From assembly GCA_004022145.1 (NCBI GenBank), contig RCNU01000001.1: a stretch of DNA of 64,000 bases. The stretch is one strand, 5' to 3'. The stretch comes from Paecilomyces variotii (taxonomy: Eukaryota). The notes beneath the pieces are model-generated. The model did no database searches. It saw only the letters and a program-made list of their open reading frames with translations, and was not told where the DNA came from. Shown one piece after another: positions 35,482 through 48,400 of this stretch (position 1 is the stretch's first letter; the number at the start of each line of letters is the position of its first letter). The translations under genes and the position numbers were made by a program.

Positions 35482-38400
35482 TTTGTCGATGACTATTCCA
35501 ATTTTTGATGATAGTTCTGCAGGGCGTGCGGTCGGTAGATGAGCTCACGTAGATGCGAGCTCGTAGGGAATCAATCGTAAGAGTCGTAAACCGTAAGTAA
35601 AAGATAACAGATTAATTGACAGTGTTGCTGCTCGTGGTGCGTTTTAGATCAAGATCAATATATGAATACACAAGTTTGCTGTTCAGAGAATCGTAATGCA
35701 AACAGGATAATCGTTCCACATAGATGAAAGTGAAGAAATAATCATATACTTTGTCTGGTATCTGCGAAGGAAGAGCAAGAAATAGCATTCTTGAGAGTCC
35801 TTTATATTCTTCATAGTCATAAAGAATCCCAGATGCGATCGAGACTATACGTCATGACCAGCCAGCAAATATGGACAGTAAACATCACAGCCCTGTGACT
35901 ATCATATCAGTGGGTAGCGTACCGAAGTTCTCCCTGCAGGGCCACACCAAGCGGTAGCAGATGTTGCGTAAGAAGAAGCAGGGGAGTCCTCGAAGATGCG
36001 GCCTCAGCATCGTTATCTTGAATGGTTGAGCAAATGAGATGCCAGGGGCCATAAGGCAGGACTGGTTGCTCCGCATGGTAGCCGGGGCCTCCCTGATCCA
36101 TTACGCCTGGTATGTCGTCGATGGGCCTGCATGGGGGTGATCAAAGCTCTCTGGGTAGTCCACTGTATAGAGTATGCGATACTCAGAATAGGATGTTGGT
36201 CAATGCTTGAATTTGTCTCCGGTGCGTGGTGTGGGCTGCCCAGACATCGTGGATCATCATGGCGTCAAGGTTGCAGGATACGGGGTAGGTGTTTGTTTTT
36301 CTGGTAAGCCACTGAGCGGTCACGGTCCGTGGATAGGTACTGTACATGGTACAGTCCATGCCAGTGCCGTTCATACCCAGGCACATTTGCATGCAGACAT
36401 ATTGATGTTGAGATTAGAAAAATCGGAAAAAGTCGTCCGTGCTAGGAAATCATCAAAATGTAGCTAGTTTTCCTGGAATGATTCCATCATTATAGACCAG
36501 TGTATAGATTCAACGGCCAGGCCATCAGAACTTGTACACCAGCGCGGTCTATCAACCCAGAGCTGACTGGACTGTATGCCCGGGTGGAGCATCCGAATAA
36601 ACGTGCTTGACAGGACCCTGGCAAGCGAGCTGTGGCGCAGAAGTCTAGACGGAATGAAATCATTGACTGGGATAAAAGATCTTGGAGACTTTCTTCGTAA
36701 CCCCAGCAGGGCTAAACTGCTCAACTGTCGCGGGGCATTATCGGTGATATCATCGGCTTCCCGGCGCGCTCATAGCCGGTACTCATATCTGATGCTAGTG
36801 GCGTGGCAGATCAAGGTGATTGTTGCGACCCTTCTCCACATATGACCGTTGAAAAATTCTCCGGTGGAATTATGTACTGGATCCGCTAGTAGAGCGTATG
36901 AGTACCATACTCTATCCATAGTGTGTGACTAGTCCTGGACCAAGTACGTAGTAGATGTGCAACATCACACGCGGGGATAGATCTCGCATCCTGATAACAG
37001 CCCTAGGGGCCCCTCCTATGTAACTTTGTCTGTCTAGCTGCTCTCGAAAGCTGAAGTTAGTGGACTTCTAGGAGAGCCATTGTATTATAGTAGATAATAG
37101 TCGACATACCGTCTCCAAGACAAGATTATGCTGACGAGGATGAACGCGAAGCGATGAATTCTCTATCCACAGGATCTGTCTGGATATTTGACGTAATGCC
37201 ACCTGGCGACCATAATGTCTGACAGGAAATTACCAACCAATGTTGTGGCGATTGAGACGGCACATCTTCCATGGGGAAGACCAGTGATAAGCGATAAACT
37301 GGGATGTGAGGAGGGTATGTCGCCTAGCGTTCGCTTCTCGATGGGGAGTTGAGCCTGTCGTGAGTTTGAGATCCAGCCACTGCCTGGTGGGGCTACCATA
37401 AGTACCTCCTACTCGGGAGTAGTATACGAGTATCAACGACTTCTCGCATAGTACATAGCATCCCCTTTCTACTCCAAGACCTTGTTTGAGTTCGAATTTA
37501 ACTGCTGGGAATATATCGAATGAGACAGATAACAAACAAAAGATCATTGAGAAAGGAGGCAACTATACCGCACCATACAGCGTCTCCACCATCGTGCCTG
37601 AGTCTCTCACTCGATCCATGGTTCCTCTTGTGTCAGATTCGGATGCTGACTTGATGACAGCCGACGATCACAATATACAGGTTCTGAGACGTCATAAATG
37701 CAGTTGAAACTGCGAAGCAGACACCCAGTACGAATGTGTATGTAATATTCACATGGCTTTCTCGGCAACAGCAGCGATATATTATCAGCGTCTGGACTGA
37801 AAGCATATTTATTTTCGAGTCATAAGCGGAGAAGGAGAAAGAAATAAGAGAAGCGGCTAGCAAACTCTTCTACTATGTTATCATAATCAGCTAGAATGGC
37901 GTATAAACCTTCTCAATCACAGTTGCAGAGCTCTTTCCCACAAACGTCCATATATGAGCAGTAATCATTCCGAAACACATATTGATTTCGAATCCGTATC
38001 CGCGATCCCGTTGACCCGCAAGGCTTTTGCGTTCGGCATGATGCAGATTTCCTATTGTTCTCCATCTATATTATAGCATCTCTTTTCCGCTCGAACCGAT
38101 GATAACTGTCTCTGGCGCATACTTCGCCCACATGATGAGAGCGATAAGAGAAACCCCGTGTAGGTGGCGGCGTTCATGGATTCGGAAAGCGCATTTGCGC
38201 AGTCAAAGTTTTTTGTGACTTCTTTTGCATGCATATTTCCCACGTTTGTTTGTCATGTTCTGATCTTTAAAAGACATCACCAGTCAATGCTGACCCGATT
38301 GCTCTTATAAGGGACTGTTATTGAATCAGAAATCTCACTGATATGTAATGGACATTATGTCTGTCAGTATAGCTACCCACTGGGTTGGTTTATGATGGAT

Positions 38401-39098
38401 ATAGATTATCCCCGTCGACAGCCCCGACGCACATCAGATCAGTTAATGGAGGGTCGATTAGACCTGCAAACTCTTCTAGGCCAATAATGAATGCAGTCCC
38501 AATCAATCCCCGCCATTTTAAGGCCCATATCCTGCACGTTATTGGCAGATAAGTTGGTATTCCAACGGTCGGATCTTCAGGGTCTTGCTGCCATGTTCCG
38601 AACCTAAGATATATTTAGACAACACGACTTGAAACATGTACAGATTTAAAAGGTAGCAAAACTAGCAGAATAGGTTAAAGCTAGAGGGGTATATAGATTA
38701 ATAATATTTAATAGGGTTGATAAAGCTAGCAAATTAGTAGAGCAGATAAACTAAATAAAACCGATAGATTAGTAAAGTCAGTGAAGTAGTTATAACTACT
38801 AGGTAGGTATATATGACGCGAGAAGCGTAGAAAATGGTGTTTGTTTTAAATCGGGAAAGGGTCACCTGATTTTACCAAAACGTGCGACATTTGTAAGGAA
38901 TGGATTAATAAGGAGGGGTGCGGAGAAGTCAGTAACTAGCATAAAAGGCAACGTCCAGGTAATTTGTAATTGATCGCCCCGCTAGGTAGCGCTCAGCGAT
39001 ACTTAGATCAATAGCTCTTGAACTCACAGTTGGGAGCTCAACCGAACGGTTCATTTTCCACGTATAACTACCTAATCCTTGCTATTAAATCCACCGCA

Positions 39099-40075
39099 AT
39101 GGCTGCTAAGGCAATCGCGATTGTCGCTGGTGTCGGCTCCGGCACCGTAAGTTGTTTTATCCCGTTCTGTTTTTGAGCAATCTGCTGACCAATGCTGAAG
39201 GGAGCGTCCATTGCCAGGAAGTTTGCCAAGTCGTATCCAGTTGTGCTGCTTTCCAGGAACCCAACTAACTATCAGCCTATTGTTGAGGAGATCAATGCTG
39301 CTGGCGGCAAGGCGGTTGGATTCAGCACCGATCTAGCGGACCTCAAGAGCGTTCAGAGCACCTTCGACAAGATTGCAAAAGAGTTCCCCAGTGCTCTGCT
39401 TGCTGCTGCTATCTTTAACCCTGGTGGAGGCTTTGTACGCAAGCCATTCTTGGAGTTGACGGAAGAGGAATTTCTGTCCGGATTTGAGAGCCAAGGGTGA
39501 GATAATCAATGCCGTTCCGATACATAGCATGGATGATATTGTAGCTGATAAACTGTCTCTTCTCTGATAATAGAAAGGGCGCATTCAACTTTTCGCAGGC
39601 CACTCTTCCGTTGCTCCTCAAAGCTACGTCTCTGGAACACCCACCGTCGCTGATCTTCACTGGTGAGTCTTAACTGCGGACTGTTTGAAGAGGAGAGACT
39701 CATAGCTTCGAAAGGTGCTACCGCTAGTGTCCGAGGCTCTGCCAACTGTTCTGGATTTGCCAGTGGAAAGTTCGCGCTTCGAGCGCTTTCTCAGAGTCTA
39801 GCTCGAGAGTTCGGACCGCAAGGTGTCCATGTTAGCCACGTCATCGTGGACGGAGTCATTGATATTCCCAGGACCAAGTCCTGGAAGTTCGACCATCCCG
39901 ATGCCAAGATTAGTCCGGATGCTGTAAGTGACTTTTTGCTGCTTATTATACCTATGGTATGACAAATGCTCACGTTCCTGTCTAGATCGCCGATTCATAC
40001 TGGTTCTTGCACACCCAGCCCAGGACGACGTTCGCATTCGAAGTCGACTTGCGTCCTTACGTTGAAAAATGGTAA
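39099..40075 (+). CDS. Short-chain dehydrogenase/reductase (atypical active site), multi-exon
   Basis: MAAKAIAIVAGVGSGTGASIARKF (NAD(P)-binding), LIFTGATASVRG, FASGKFALRALSQSLAREFGPQGVHVSHVIVDGVIDIP, EVDLRPYVEKW*; four GT-AG introns. Confidence 0.9.
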
Positions 40076-41262
40076 GAGAGCATGGAGAGAATGAAATTGG
40101 TCAGTTATACATCGAGGAAATGGACAACAAGTATGGAAATAATACTAGGTTAATATCCTATATAAGTCCTACAGGATAGGCCAACCCTTCTACTTTAGTG
40201 TCGATAACTACGTATGCCCATGGTCTCGTGATAGACGAAGCTTTGGCCGAAAAGCTTTACTATTATTGTTACTTCACCGTGGAATCACAGGAAATAAAGC
40301 TGTACAGAACTTTCGCTGCGCTAGACTGTATGTCAGACGAAACATCTTGGTTGTTCACTGAAATCAGTTCTAGGCTTCCTGAGCTGCATGCTGGGATGGT
40401 ATTAGTACCCACAGGCGCAAATACCTTGAAGTAGATGACCGACGCAACTTTGAATATCCCTCAATCCCACCGTATTAGGTTTCCCGGCGTCCCCAGACCA
40501 GATGCTGTCTCCACGGACTCTATTTGGAAACATTATCTCCACTCTGTCATATATCCATTATGAATTCTCTGAACTATTCGACTGCAAAATAGAACTCCGC
40601 AGTTCGATCTTCCCGGACCCGATATTCATATTTTCCTCACTGATAGCCACATGGCGCTCAAGTTGAGTTCAAGCAAGCCTTAATATTGCTTCAGATCTAC
40701 ATATCCAGAATTTGTCTCTTTTCTCACTTTCCAAAGATTGTTTCTGAGTGAATTATACTTGACCTACTTTAGACTATTTTTTTCTGTGGATTCTTACACT
40801 GTCACGTCATGCTTCAGCCTTTCATACTCCTCATCTGCTTCACTTCCGAAGCGGCCAATACAAATCCTATGGCTTCAACTAAGAGGCTGCGGCTCGGCCA
40901 GATTTTCTTGCCATTGAACATATGACGAGACATACGATGCGAAAAGACCCAGAACAAATGACCAGTCCGTACATCTCACGGGTTGATCTCATTGGGAAGC
41001 TCTTACTTTATTTTGAAGACATTGTTGCCTGTTTCCGGTACAGGGAAAGGACGATGTTCTAATATTGGGAAGTTCCAACTTCTTTCGCACTCTGCCTCTT
41101 TCAAAAGGCTACGTCTGCATATTCCGAAGCTGAAGCCGAACATCCTCTCCGTTGGTTATGGGCCGTCACTGCTGAGACACAAGTTATCAGCATAACTGGG
41201 TCGTTGATCGCCTCACATTCGCCATTTGGATATCCTATCATCAACACTGCCTCTCCCTCAGG

Positions 41263-42599
41263 ATGTCTTCAGACAACCTCCACCGTACCCAGACTGTATC
41301 TGACCTAGAGACTGGTACCTCCGAGGCAATCCGTCGCCATGCGTATAGGCATGTCTTAGCAGCGAAGTCGATCTCTCAGCGGATCTTGCACTTTGAACGG
41401 ATAACGCCAGACCAGCTCAGCTGCATTGCAGAGGCTACTGGTGCCTTCTTCTATGTGTATGTACCCCAGGATGCATGCGATCTTTTCTGTTCGAATCGAC
41501 CAGATGGAATCACGGCATCTCCCTCGGGTACCGGTAGTATTGCTAACATATCTTACGCAGCTTTCCAGGTCTCGCATCCATTACAACTTTCGTGCTCAAT
41601 ACTCAAAAAGAGCTTCGTGCTACTGCATACGGTAGCTTCTTTCAGATTTTCTTCGCATTTACCGTAGGCTCGTTTATCGCCCTGTTCGTCAGGATCTTGT
41701 CTTTGGGGCATATGTACCCTGCCATTACCATCGCTTCTGCAATGTGGTAAGGAGACTTTCGAAACCTACAACTGTATCTTTTCGTTACTGAACAGTCTTT
41801 AAGGCGGGATTTTCCTTGGAAGACAGTCCCACGGTGTAAGTTTATCGATCCACCACGACATGTTTCTCCAGCTGACTTTATTGGTTTTCAGACATTCTTT
41901 CCCAAATACTCGGAGCGACGGTTGCTGGGTTGCTGGTCGTGGTCATCTATTGGAACCAGATCCGAGCTTTAAAGGAAGCAATGCTAGCTGCAAATCAGCC
42001 CCTCGTATCTCCATTAGGACCTGCGGGCATCTTCCTTTCACTTCCAGGAACTTCCAGGAACTTCACAGCGATTTGGCTACCTGTTCATGTAGGTCCATGG
42101 ACTATTAGATCCGTCAACAATGTCCACGCTGACTATAGAACAGGGTTGAATTCTTTGTTGACTCCCTCATTGTATGTGAAGGTTCCCTGTCTTCTTGGAT
42201 ATTGACTTGGGTCATCTGACACAGTGATAGGGTGTTCTTATCTGGACAGCAATTGAGGCTACCGTGATTGTCGGTATCACGTATGGAGCTATGGTATGGG
42301 GCTTTGCTCCGGCTACTACTGTCAAGGATTTTGCCAGATATATTGCGAGGAGTGTTGATCAACGTATTTTTGCGACACTGTTCCTTTGCGGGGGAACTTT
42401 CTCCTACCGCTTATACTTCTGGGTAGCGATTCTGGTGCATTTTCCAGTTGTGCTTTTTGCGGCTGCGACCTGGGAGTTGTTTCTGCGAGAGCGGTTTGAG
42501 AAAAAGTTACGTACAGGTACGAAGAAGATGGTCAGAGAAGACGAGCTCGGAGGGAGGACTAGCAGTGAGCATGTTGGATTTATCAGAACTGTCTCGTGA
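41263..42599 (+). pseudogene. MIP/aquaporin-family channel, frameshifted and degenerate
   Basis: Spliced exons give CIAEATGAFFYVFPGLAS, SLGHMYPAITI (first NPA site reads YPA), FPWKTVPRYILSQILGA, EFFVDSLI and YGAMVWGFAP. A 10-bp tandem duplication at 42041-42060 shifts the frame. Confidence 0.75.
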
Positions 42600-42993
42600 A
42601 GTACAAGAATTTCATGATGCGGTCTCCTCGGTGGCCGACTGTCTGTGAAAAGCCCCAAGATGATCCAATCAGACTGGACTTCGGACCCAGAAAGAATTGC
42701 AGTCAGTCGATGAAGATACCAAATGAGGAGCCACAAGTGTCATAATGAATACAGGATGTTGTTTCTTTTTATGTTTTGGATAGTTATTTCATAGTTGCTT
42801 AACGCCGGACGTTGTCTCCGATGACTAAGCGGTACGTCACCGGACAGCTCCAGGAACAGCTAGCTCGAGCTTCGGATTCCCCTCTGTGCAACGCAATTGC
42901 AATCTCAACTTGATACTTTATCATTAGAGAGCATACTCATCAACGGCTCTGTTTTCCAGAGGCAGTAGACTCGAGTCTCTGCTACTGGACACA

Positions 42994-44241
42994 ATGGTCC
43001 TCGACGACGCCTCGCCGCAGGCGGATGGCTTCCAGAGCGACAATGCCTCTTCAGACCCTTTCAGTCGCTCAGTCGACCCGAATTCGCCCTTTGCAAAGTA
43101 CTATCCACTACAAGTTCGACAAGATCTCATCTACCAACCCGGCCTCCTTGGCATGTACCTGACGTTCTTCGGAAGACGAAACTGGGAGCGTCGATTCTCT
43201 GAGGGGCTCATTGAGCGGATCGAAAATACGAAATTGGTTATACAGCGATACCCGACACAGCAGGAGTTGGATTGCTTTGTCGAATCGAGCAGTCGAGGCC
43301 TCTATCTGTCTCGGCTGGGTCTCCCGTTCGGTCTCGCCGCAGGAGTCGCACATACGTTGTATCAGTTTCGGGAGGTCAAGGCCAGTCCGCACCGACGAAT
43401 CGATCTCAGGGCCATCACTGAATATTTCAGACTTCTCGCCAAGTCAGACCCTGCTTTCATGCGTCAATTCGCATTCGCCTCGGCAGTCAGACTGTTCGGG
43501 TGGTCTATTACGGGCTTGATATTTTCGTCTATCTATGCTTCTTACAAATCGACCTCGCAGATGCTGGTAGACCCACGACTGGAGCGACTACGAGAGGAAA
43601 TCCGACAGCAGAAACCGGAGGATATTCAAAGGAGGAAAATTGAGCGGGTCACTGACCGTCACCAGCAGGCCCAACGGGCCCAACGGGCCAGAGAGGGAAT
43701 GAAGCAGGGCGCCCTTGCAGAGAGCCAGGAACAGCAGAGCAGTGAGGGAGACTTGAGCGCGGACTCTCCGGGTAATAATACATACTACGGCACGGGAACG
43801 ACGGATATCAGAGAGTCGATACCGACGCCATCTCAGCCGAATCGCCAAGTATACGGCGACCAAGCTACCACTAGCAGCAGCAATGGCAGCTCTGACTTCT
43901 TTGATGACGATAACGCCAGCCCCACGAACCCCGACTACCGAATGGATGACTCGTCCTCAAGCGGCGCTATTGGCGGCAGTACCTGGGAGCGCATCCGTCA
44001 GCAGAATATCTCGGGCAATGCAGAACAGCGACGACCGCAGCAGACCTACCGCTCCCCGCAACAACCGAACCAGACGTCATCTGATGCTTCCGATTCATAT
44101 TCCTCAGAAGAGCGGAACCGCCAACGCGAACGAGAACTAGCCCAGCGAGAATTCGACCGCATGGTCGAAGCGGAACGCAAAGCCGGAGAAGATTCCCCCA
44201 ACACAGGCAGCCAGAATCGCGGATGGGGAAGTTGGCGATAA
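42994..44241 (+). CDS. Hypothetical protein with two hydrophobic segments and a disordered Q/S-rich C-terminus
   Basis: Intronless 415-aa ORF with two hydrophobic stretches, MLVDPRLERL, TWERIRQQ and AQREFDRMVEAERK; no catalytic motif is recognisable. Confidence 0.75.
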   Translation: MVLDDASPQADGFQSDNASSDPFSRSVDPNSPFAKYYPLQVRQDLIYQPGLLGMYLTFFGRRNWERRFSEGLIERIENTKLVIQRYPTQQELDCFVESSSRGLYLSRLGLPFGLAAGVAHTLYQFREVKASPHRRIDLRAITEYFRLLAKSDPAFMRQFAFASAVRLFGWSITGLIFSSIYASYKSTSQMLVDPRLERLREEIRQQKPEDIQRRKIERVTDRHQQAQRAQRAREGMKQGALAESQEQQSSEGDLSADSPGNNTYYGTGTTDIRESIPTPSQPNRQVYGDQATTSSSNGSSDFFDDDNASPTNPDYRMDDSSSSGAIGGSTWERIRQQNISGNAEQRRPQQTYRSPQQPNQTSSDASDSYSSEERNRQRERELAQREFDRMVEAERKAGEDSPNTGSQNRGWGSWR

Positions 44242-44314
44242 AGCAAAAAGCACAGTCTTATTATTCTTTTCTTTTCTTTTCTGTTTTTTACCAGCAACTC
44301 TACTCTACTCTACA

Positions 44315-44349
44315 CATGACATGACATGACATGACACAGAGAGAGAGAG
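44315..44349 (+). repeat. (CATGA)n plus (GA)n microsatellite in 3' flank
   Basis: catgacatgacatgacatgacacagagagagagag. Confidence 0.85.
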
Positions 44350-44641
44350 CAGAGATAGGAGTTCCCCCCTTCGAATGGAATGAAATGAGTTGAATAACCC
44401 AGTCACCTACCTATTATTCTGCTTGAAAGAGAAAACAAAAAGGGAATGTGTACCCGCAGGTCCTTTCTTAAGCGAAAACTTTCCTTTTGAACTCTACTTT
44501 CATATTCTTTTTTTTTCGGGGGGGTTTTTTTTTTTTCTTTGCCCATATTCTTCCTATGTATGTACTTGACGGATCTCTGGGAACGGGGAGTTATTATAGA
44601 ATTCTACTAAATCTGCTTTTCTTGGCTGGACAACTCTAGAG

Positions 44642-44676
<35 letters not shown>
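44642..44676 (+). repeat. Poly(A) tract of about 35 nt between convergent genes
   Basis: Uninterrupted A run; shorter T runs at about 44508-44536. Confidence 0.9.
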
Positions 44677-44677
<1 letters not shown>

Positions 44678-45466
44678 ATTAATGACGAGTAATGTAGATC
44701 TAAAGTAGATAAAAGGCTATAACGAATATACAGCCAGTGTGCTGTGTGCTGGACCATGCCAGCATTCACATGAGCCCCGTTTATGATAGGTGCTGAGATT
44801 CTGTAGCTAGCTCATTCAATTTTATCCCCATAGGTGGAAATAGCGTGGGGAAACCTCTGCCAGCCCATCGAGACAAGAAGTCTCAAGAGATGATCTATAG
44901 ATAGATGGACTGTGTACCTTGAAATCACTACTTGGAGTTTAGATAAAAAAAAAGAAAGACTCTTGGAAATAACTCAATCATTGTTATTATGCCCTCGCGG
45001 GCTACGGTGTAGGTTGGAACTGCAGTAAAACGCTAAATAATAATGGCAGATAAATAGCAGGCACCGTGTGATATGTGCTTCTTCCAGTCATTGTAATGTA
45101 CGGTGCTCTACCCCCTGTTAGGCGCTCGCGAGTTGAAATTGACATGTATTAGAGTTCCAGTTCCGGATGGTAAGAAAAGTAAGAGTTGAAATTCCAATAT
45201 CGAAAAGACAAAGGCCATAATGGTATGGAGCGAACAGAAGTTGGGTATGTTGCATAGCAAAGAAGACAATACTAAAAGGGAACGGCATAATGATACCGGA
45301 AAGGATGTAGACAAAACTATGCTCGAGACCGAACAGGTGGTCTGAACAAGTCATAGGCCGTGAGAAGATAAAAGAACAACGCTAAAGGACTTAGACAAGA
45401 AGAGAAAGATCCCAATCCTTGTTACTGAAATGGAGAACAGCATCAGGAATGGTCGATGACAGCTCT

Positions 45467-48400
45467 CTAAAGCCGGTTGTCATACGAGGTGATCTGTATA
45501 CTTTCATAAGGAGACACTTGCTCTGACGAGTCGACTGGCGGTGATCGTGCATAGCGGTTTCGACTCGTGCTGCGCATCCGGTCCGTAAAGTTGCGAATCT
45601 TGCTCGCGAAACTTTCATTGATACTTCTGCCCCGGCGATGGTCGAAGGACATGCGGCGCTGTTCACGCGTAGGTTTACTATCCGCAGTCATCGTTGGTGC
45701 TGCAGTCATAGCACGGGGAAATGACTTGGCCAGGATGTCATTATCAATGGCGATGTCGATCGTACCAGTGGAATTCTGGGGTGACTGTCCCTCTCGGGAA
45801 CCCGGCGCTGGGGGTGGAGGGAGAGGCTGATTCAGGTGCTGTAGCTCGGGAATGAGAGGAGGATTTTGGGCATCGGTTGATCCTGCTTCCTGCATGGAGT
45901 TTGCAAGAGTCTCTTCAATGCTGACGGTAACGGAGGGAGAAGACCCATATGTTGGACTGCCATGGACTCCCCAATCTCTGGAGTTCTGGCGGTAATGCCC
46001 AGGGAATCTTGTTCTGCTAGTGGACCTGCTGCGGGGAATCTCCGGTTTATAATATGGATGCGCGGGGAGATCCGCGGGAATGCCAATCTCGAACTTCTCG
46101 CTAGGAGCGTATCTGGAGCGCCCGAGCCTTTCTGGCTGGTCCGGGGAAGTTGGACCAGGAGAAGTGGCTGCATCATCGGAAATCTCGGGGACTGCAGGTG
46201 CATCAGGTGGGAGATCACTGCTGTATTTCGGTAGTCGCATTGCTTTCGGGGTAGCAGGTAATCCAATGGGAACTCCAGAGCTTCTCTTCGACGAGCCGGA
46301 ATCTGAACTGTTGGGGTACTCAGGGGAGCTATTGTTTGTCCCCGTCCTACTCTTCGCCTGAGCACGCTGATTGAAGGAGCCGGCCGTGAAGGGAGGACTA
46401 TCAGAGGCGCTCTTAGTATGGTGGATCTCTCCCGGGAGGGGGATGTTGGGTGCAGAAGGTCGACGAGCGAGCGAGAGACGTCTGGCCTCTAATTCCGCCG
46501 CAGCCAGCTCTTTCCTTGTCCGTTCCAGAGCACTTCCTTTAGCGGTCCGCGGAGCAGGAGTTGGTCTGCGAGATTCACCACCACTGACTCCATCCGAAGG
46601 GATTTGCCAGCGGCTATCAACCGACCTCTCCCTAGTACGTCGATCCAAGTCTCTTCGAATGCTAGCATCACGCTCTCGTGGCTGGGGGCTGCCAGATCTC
46701 GGTATCGGCAGTCTTCTATCTGGAGACGTCTCTCTGCGAGCGCTCGTACCCCGTTCAGGACGACGACTGGAACTTCGATGTCGAGATTGTCGACGTTCCC
46801 TGTCGATACTTACCAGACGGAGACTCTCCTCGAAATGGGGTTCAAGCCGCGCATTGCTATCTTGCACGGAAGGCGATGTTGGACGCGCTGGAAGTGTAAA
46901 GGCGAACGCATCCCTCTCGGAACTGCGATTGCGACCGGGAGGATCCCGACTGCTTTGACGGCTCCTGTTACGGCTTGATCCCTTGTTCTTGGATGGGTAA
47001 CGGTGGCGTCTCTCTGCTGTAGAAGAAGTCCGTATCCGCGAACTTCCATTCCTTAATCTGCTTCTGCTCCTGGGCTTGCTGATGTCGCTTCTGGCGCCAT
47101 ATGTACCCTCGAAGCTGTCAGTGCTCGTGTTATATCGAGAGAACTTATCCAGTGACATGAAGACCGGGGAGGATGGAGATCTCGGTGGGGGTAGGACGGG
47201 TCGATCATCAGTCCGTCCCCGAGCTTCACGAGAAGCAGACCGCTGCCTTCCTGGAACACGACTAGAACCATCGGCATCCGTATTCCGTCTGCCGCGAGGA
47301 GTTTGGGCCCTGTGTCTTGCGTGATAATTTGCTTCATCGAGACTGCTGATGTATTGGTCCAGACTCCGGCCGCTGATGCTTGGGCTCTTCATAGATCTGT
47401 AGCTATGCAGTGTGGAAGCAGGGCTCCTCGCGTCACTGGTGGCATCAGACTGGTATTGGAATGGGGTCTGGGAGTGAGGGACGCCAGTATCTGCAGAGCT
47501 GTAATCAACTTGTCGGAATGGCTCATTGCTCTGGAGGTCACTTTGCGACTGGAAGTCATTACTGTTTTCTGGTGACTCGATCTGGATGTCCAAAACAGCC
47601 ACTGGGGGAGATGATGAGCGCTCCATGGTTCCACTTTCTTTGGCGGTCGTTTGCACAGCTGTTTGGGGACTTCTTTCAATTGTCTCTTTACCGGGTTCAT
47701 ATCTCACCGAGGGTAGCAGGAGCAAGGGCTCCTCTTGGGGTTTCTTGTCTTGTTGGGAACCTTCTTTGACCTGGTTTTTCCGTAATCCATCGTCACCATC
47801 AGATTTGTCAGCTTTCTCCTTGTCAGAGCCAGAATCAACGGGTGTCGGGAGCGATTTTGGCGGAGGGAAAGCTGGGGGCTGGACATCAATAGGTGTTTCG
47901 CCGATTGAAGGAAGACGCCGTCTCGCGTAGCCACCGGGAGTAACTGTCCTTGCTGACAATGTAGCATCCAGGCTTCGGGCACTTTTCGGTATGAAATGGC
48001 CAAGGCCTCCCGGAGAAAAGGCCGATTCTCCAACAGCAGACTCCGCTATAGGAGTGATCCCAGGTGCATTTGTGGGGGTTCCATCGTCGGATTTCAGGCC
48101 CGGAAACCTGAATGATGAATTTCCCTGAGGGCCAAAAGACGTAATCAGCTTAAGAGGAGAATTCTTCACTGTCAATCTGCTGTTATTTTCGGATGGTGTC
48201 TGTGTCTTGCTGGGCGGTCCGTTCTTGTCTGTCGCCGTTTCTATCGATAGCTTCTGTTCATGAAGGTTGGGAAAGGTGTCGACTTGAGGTGCCGATGGCG
48301 ATGTCCAAGGGTCTGACGGTTCTACGCCAGTACACATGAAGCAGCGGATTGCCAGTTGTCGGGAGTCCTGGACGACGTGTTCTCCCCATCGGCGGACGAG

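Noticed and set aside
31840-35542. Antisense ORFs over the DUF3659-repeat gene
   Set aside because: Shadow frames of a repetitive coding sequence
39720-39790. SDR lacking the catalytic Tyr (FASGK instead of YxxxK) as a sign of pseudogenisation
   Set aside because: Frame and splice sites are intact, and Phe at this position occurs in this SDR subgroup
40198-41200. Possible gene remnant between the SDR and the aquaporin pseudogene
   Set aside because: Only short interrupted frames; no family could be assigned
42994-44241. Calling the 415-aa protein a glucanase, a label I recall for similar fungal proteins
   Set aside because: No glycoside hydrolase motif or signal peptide is visible; left as hypothetical
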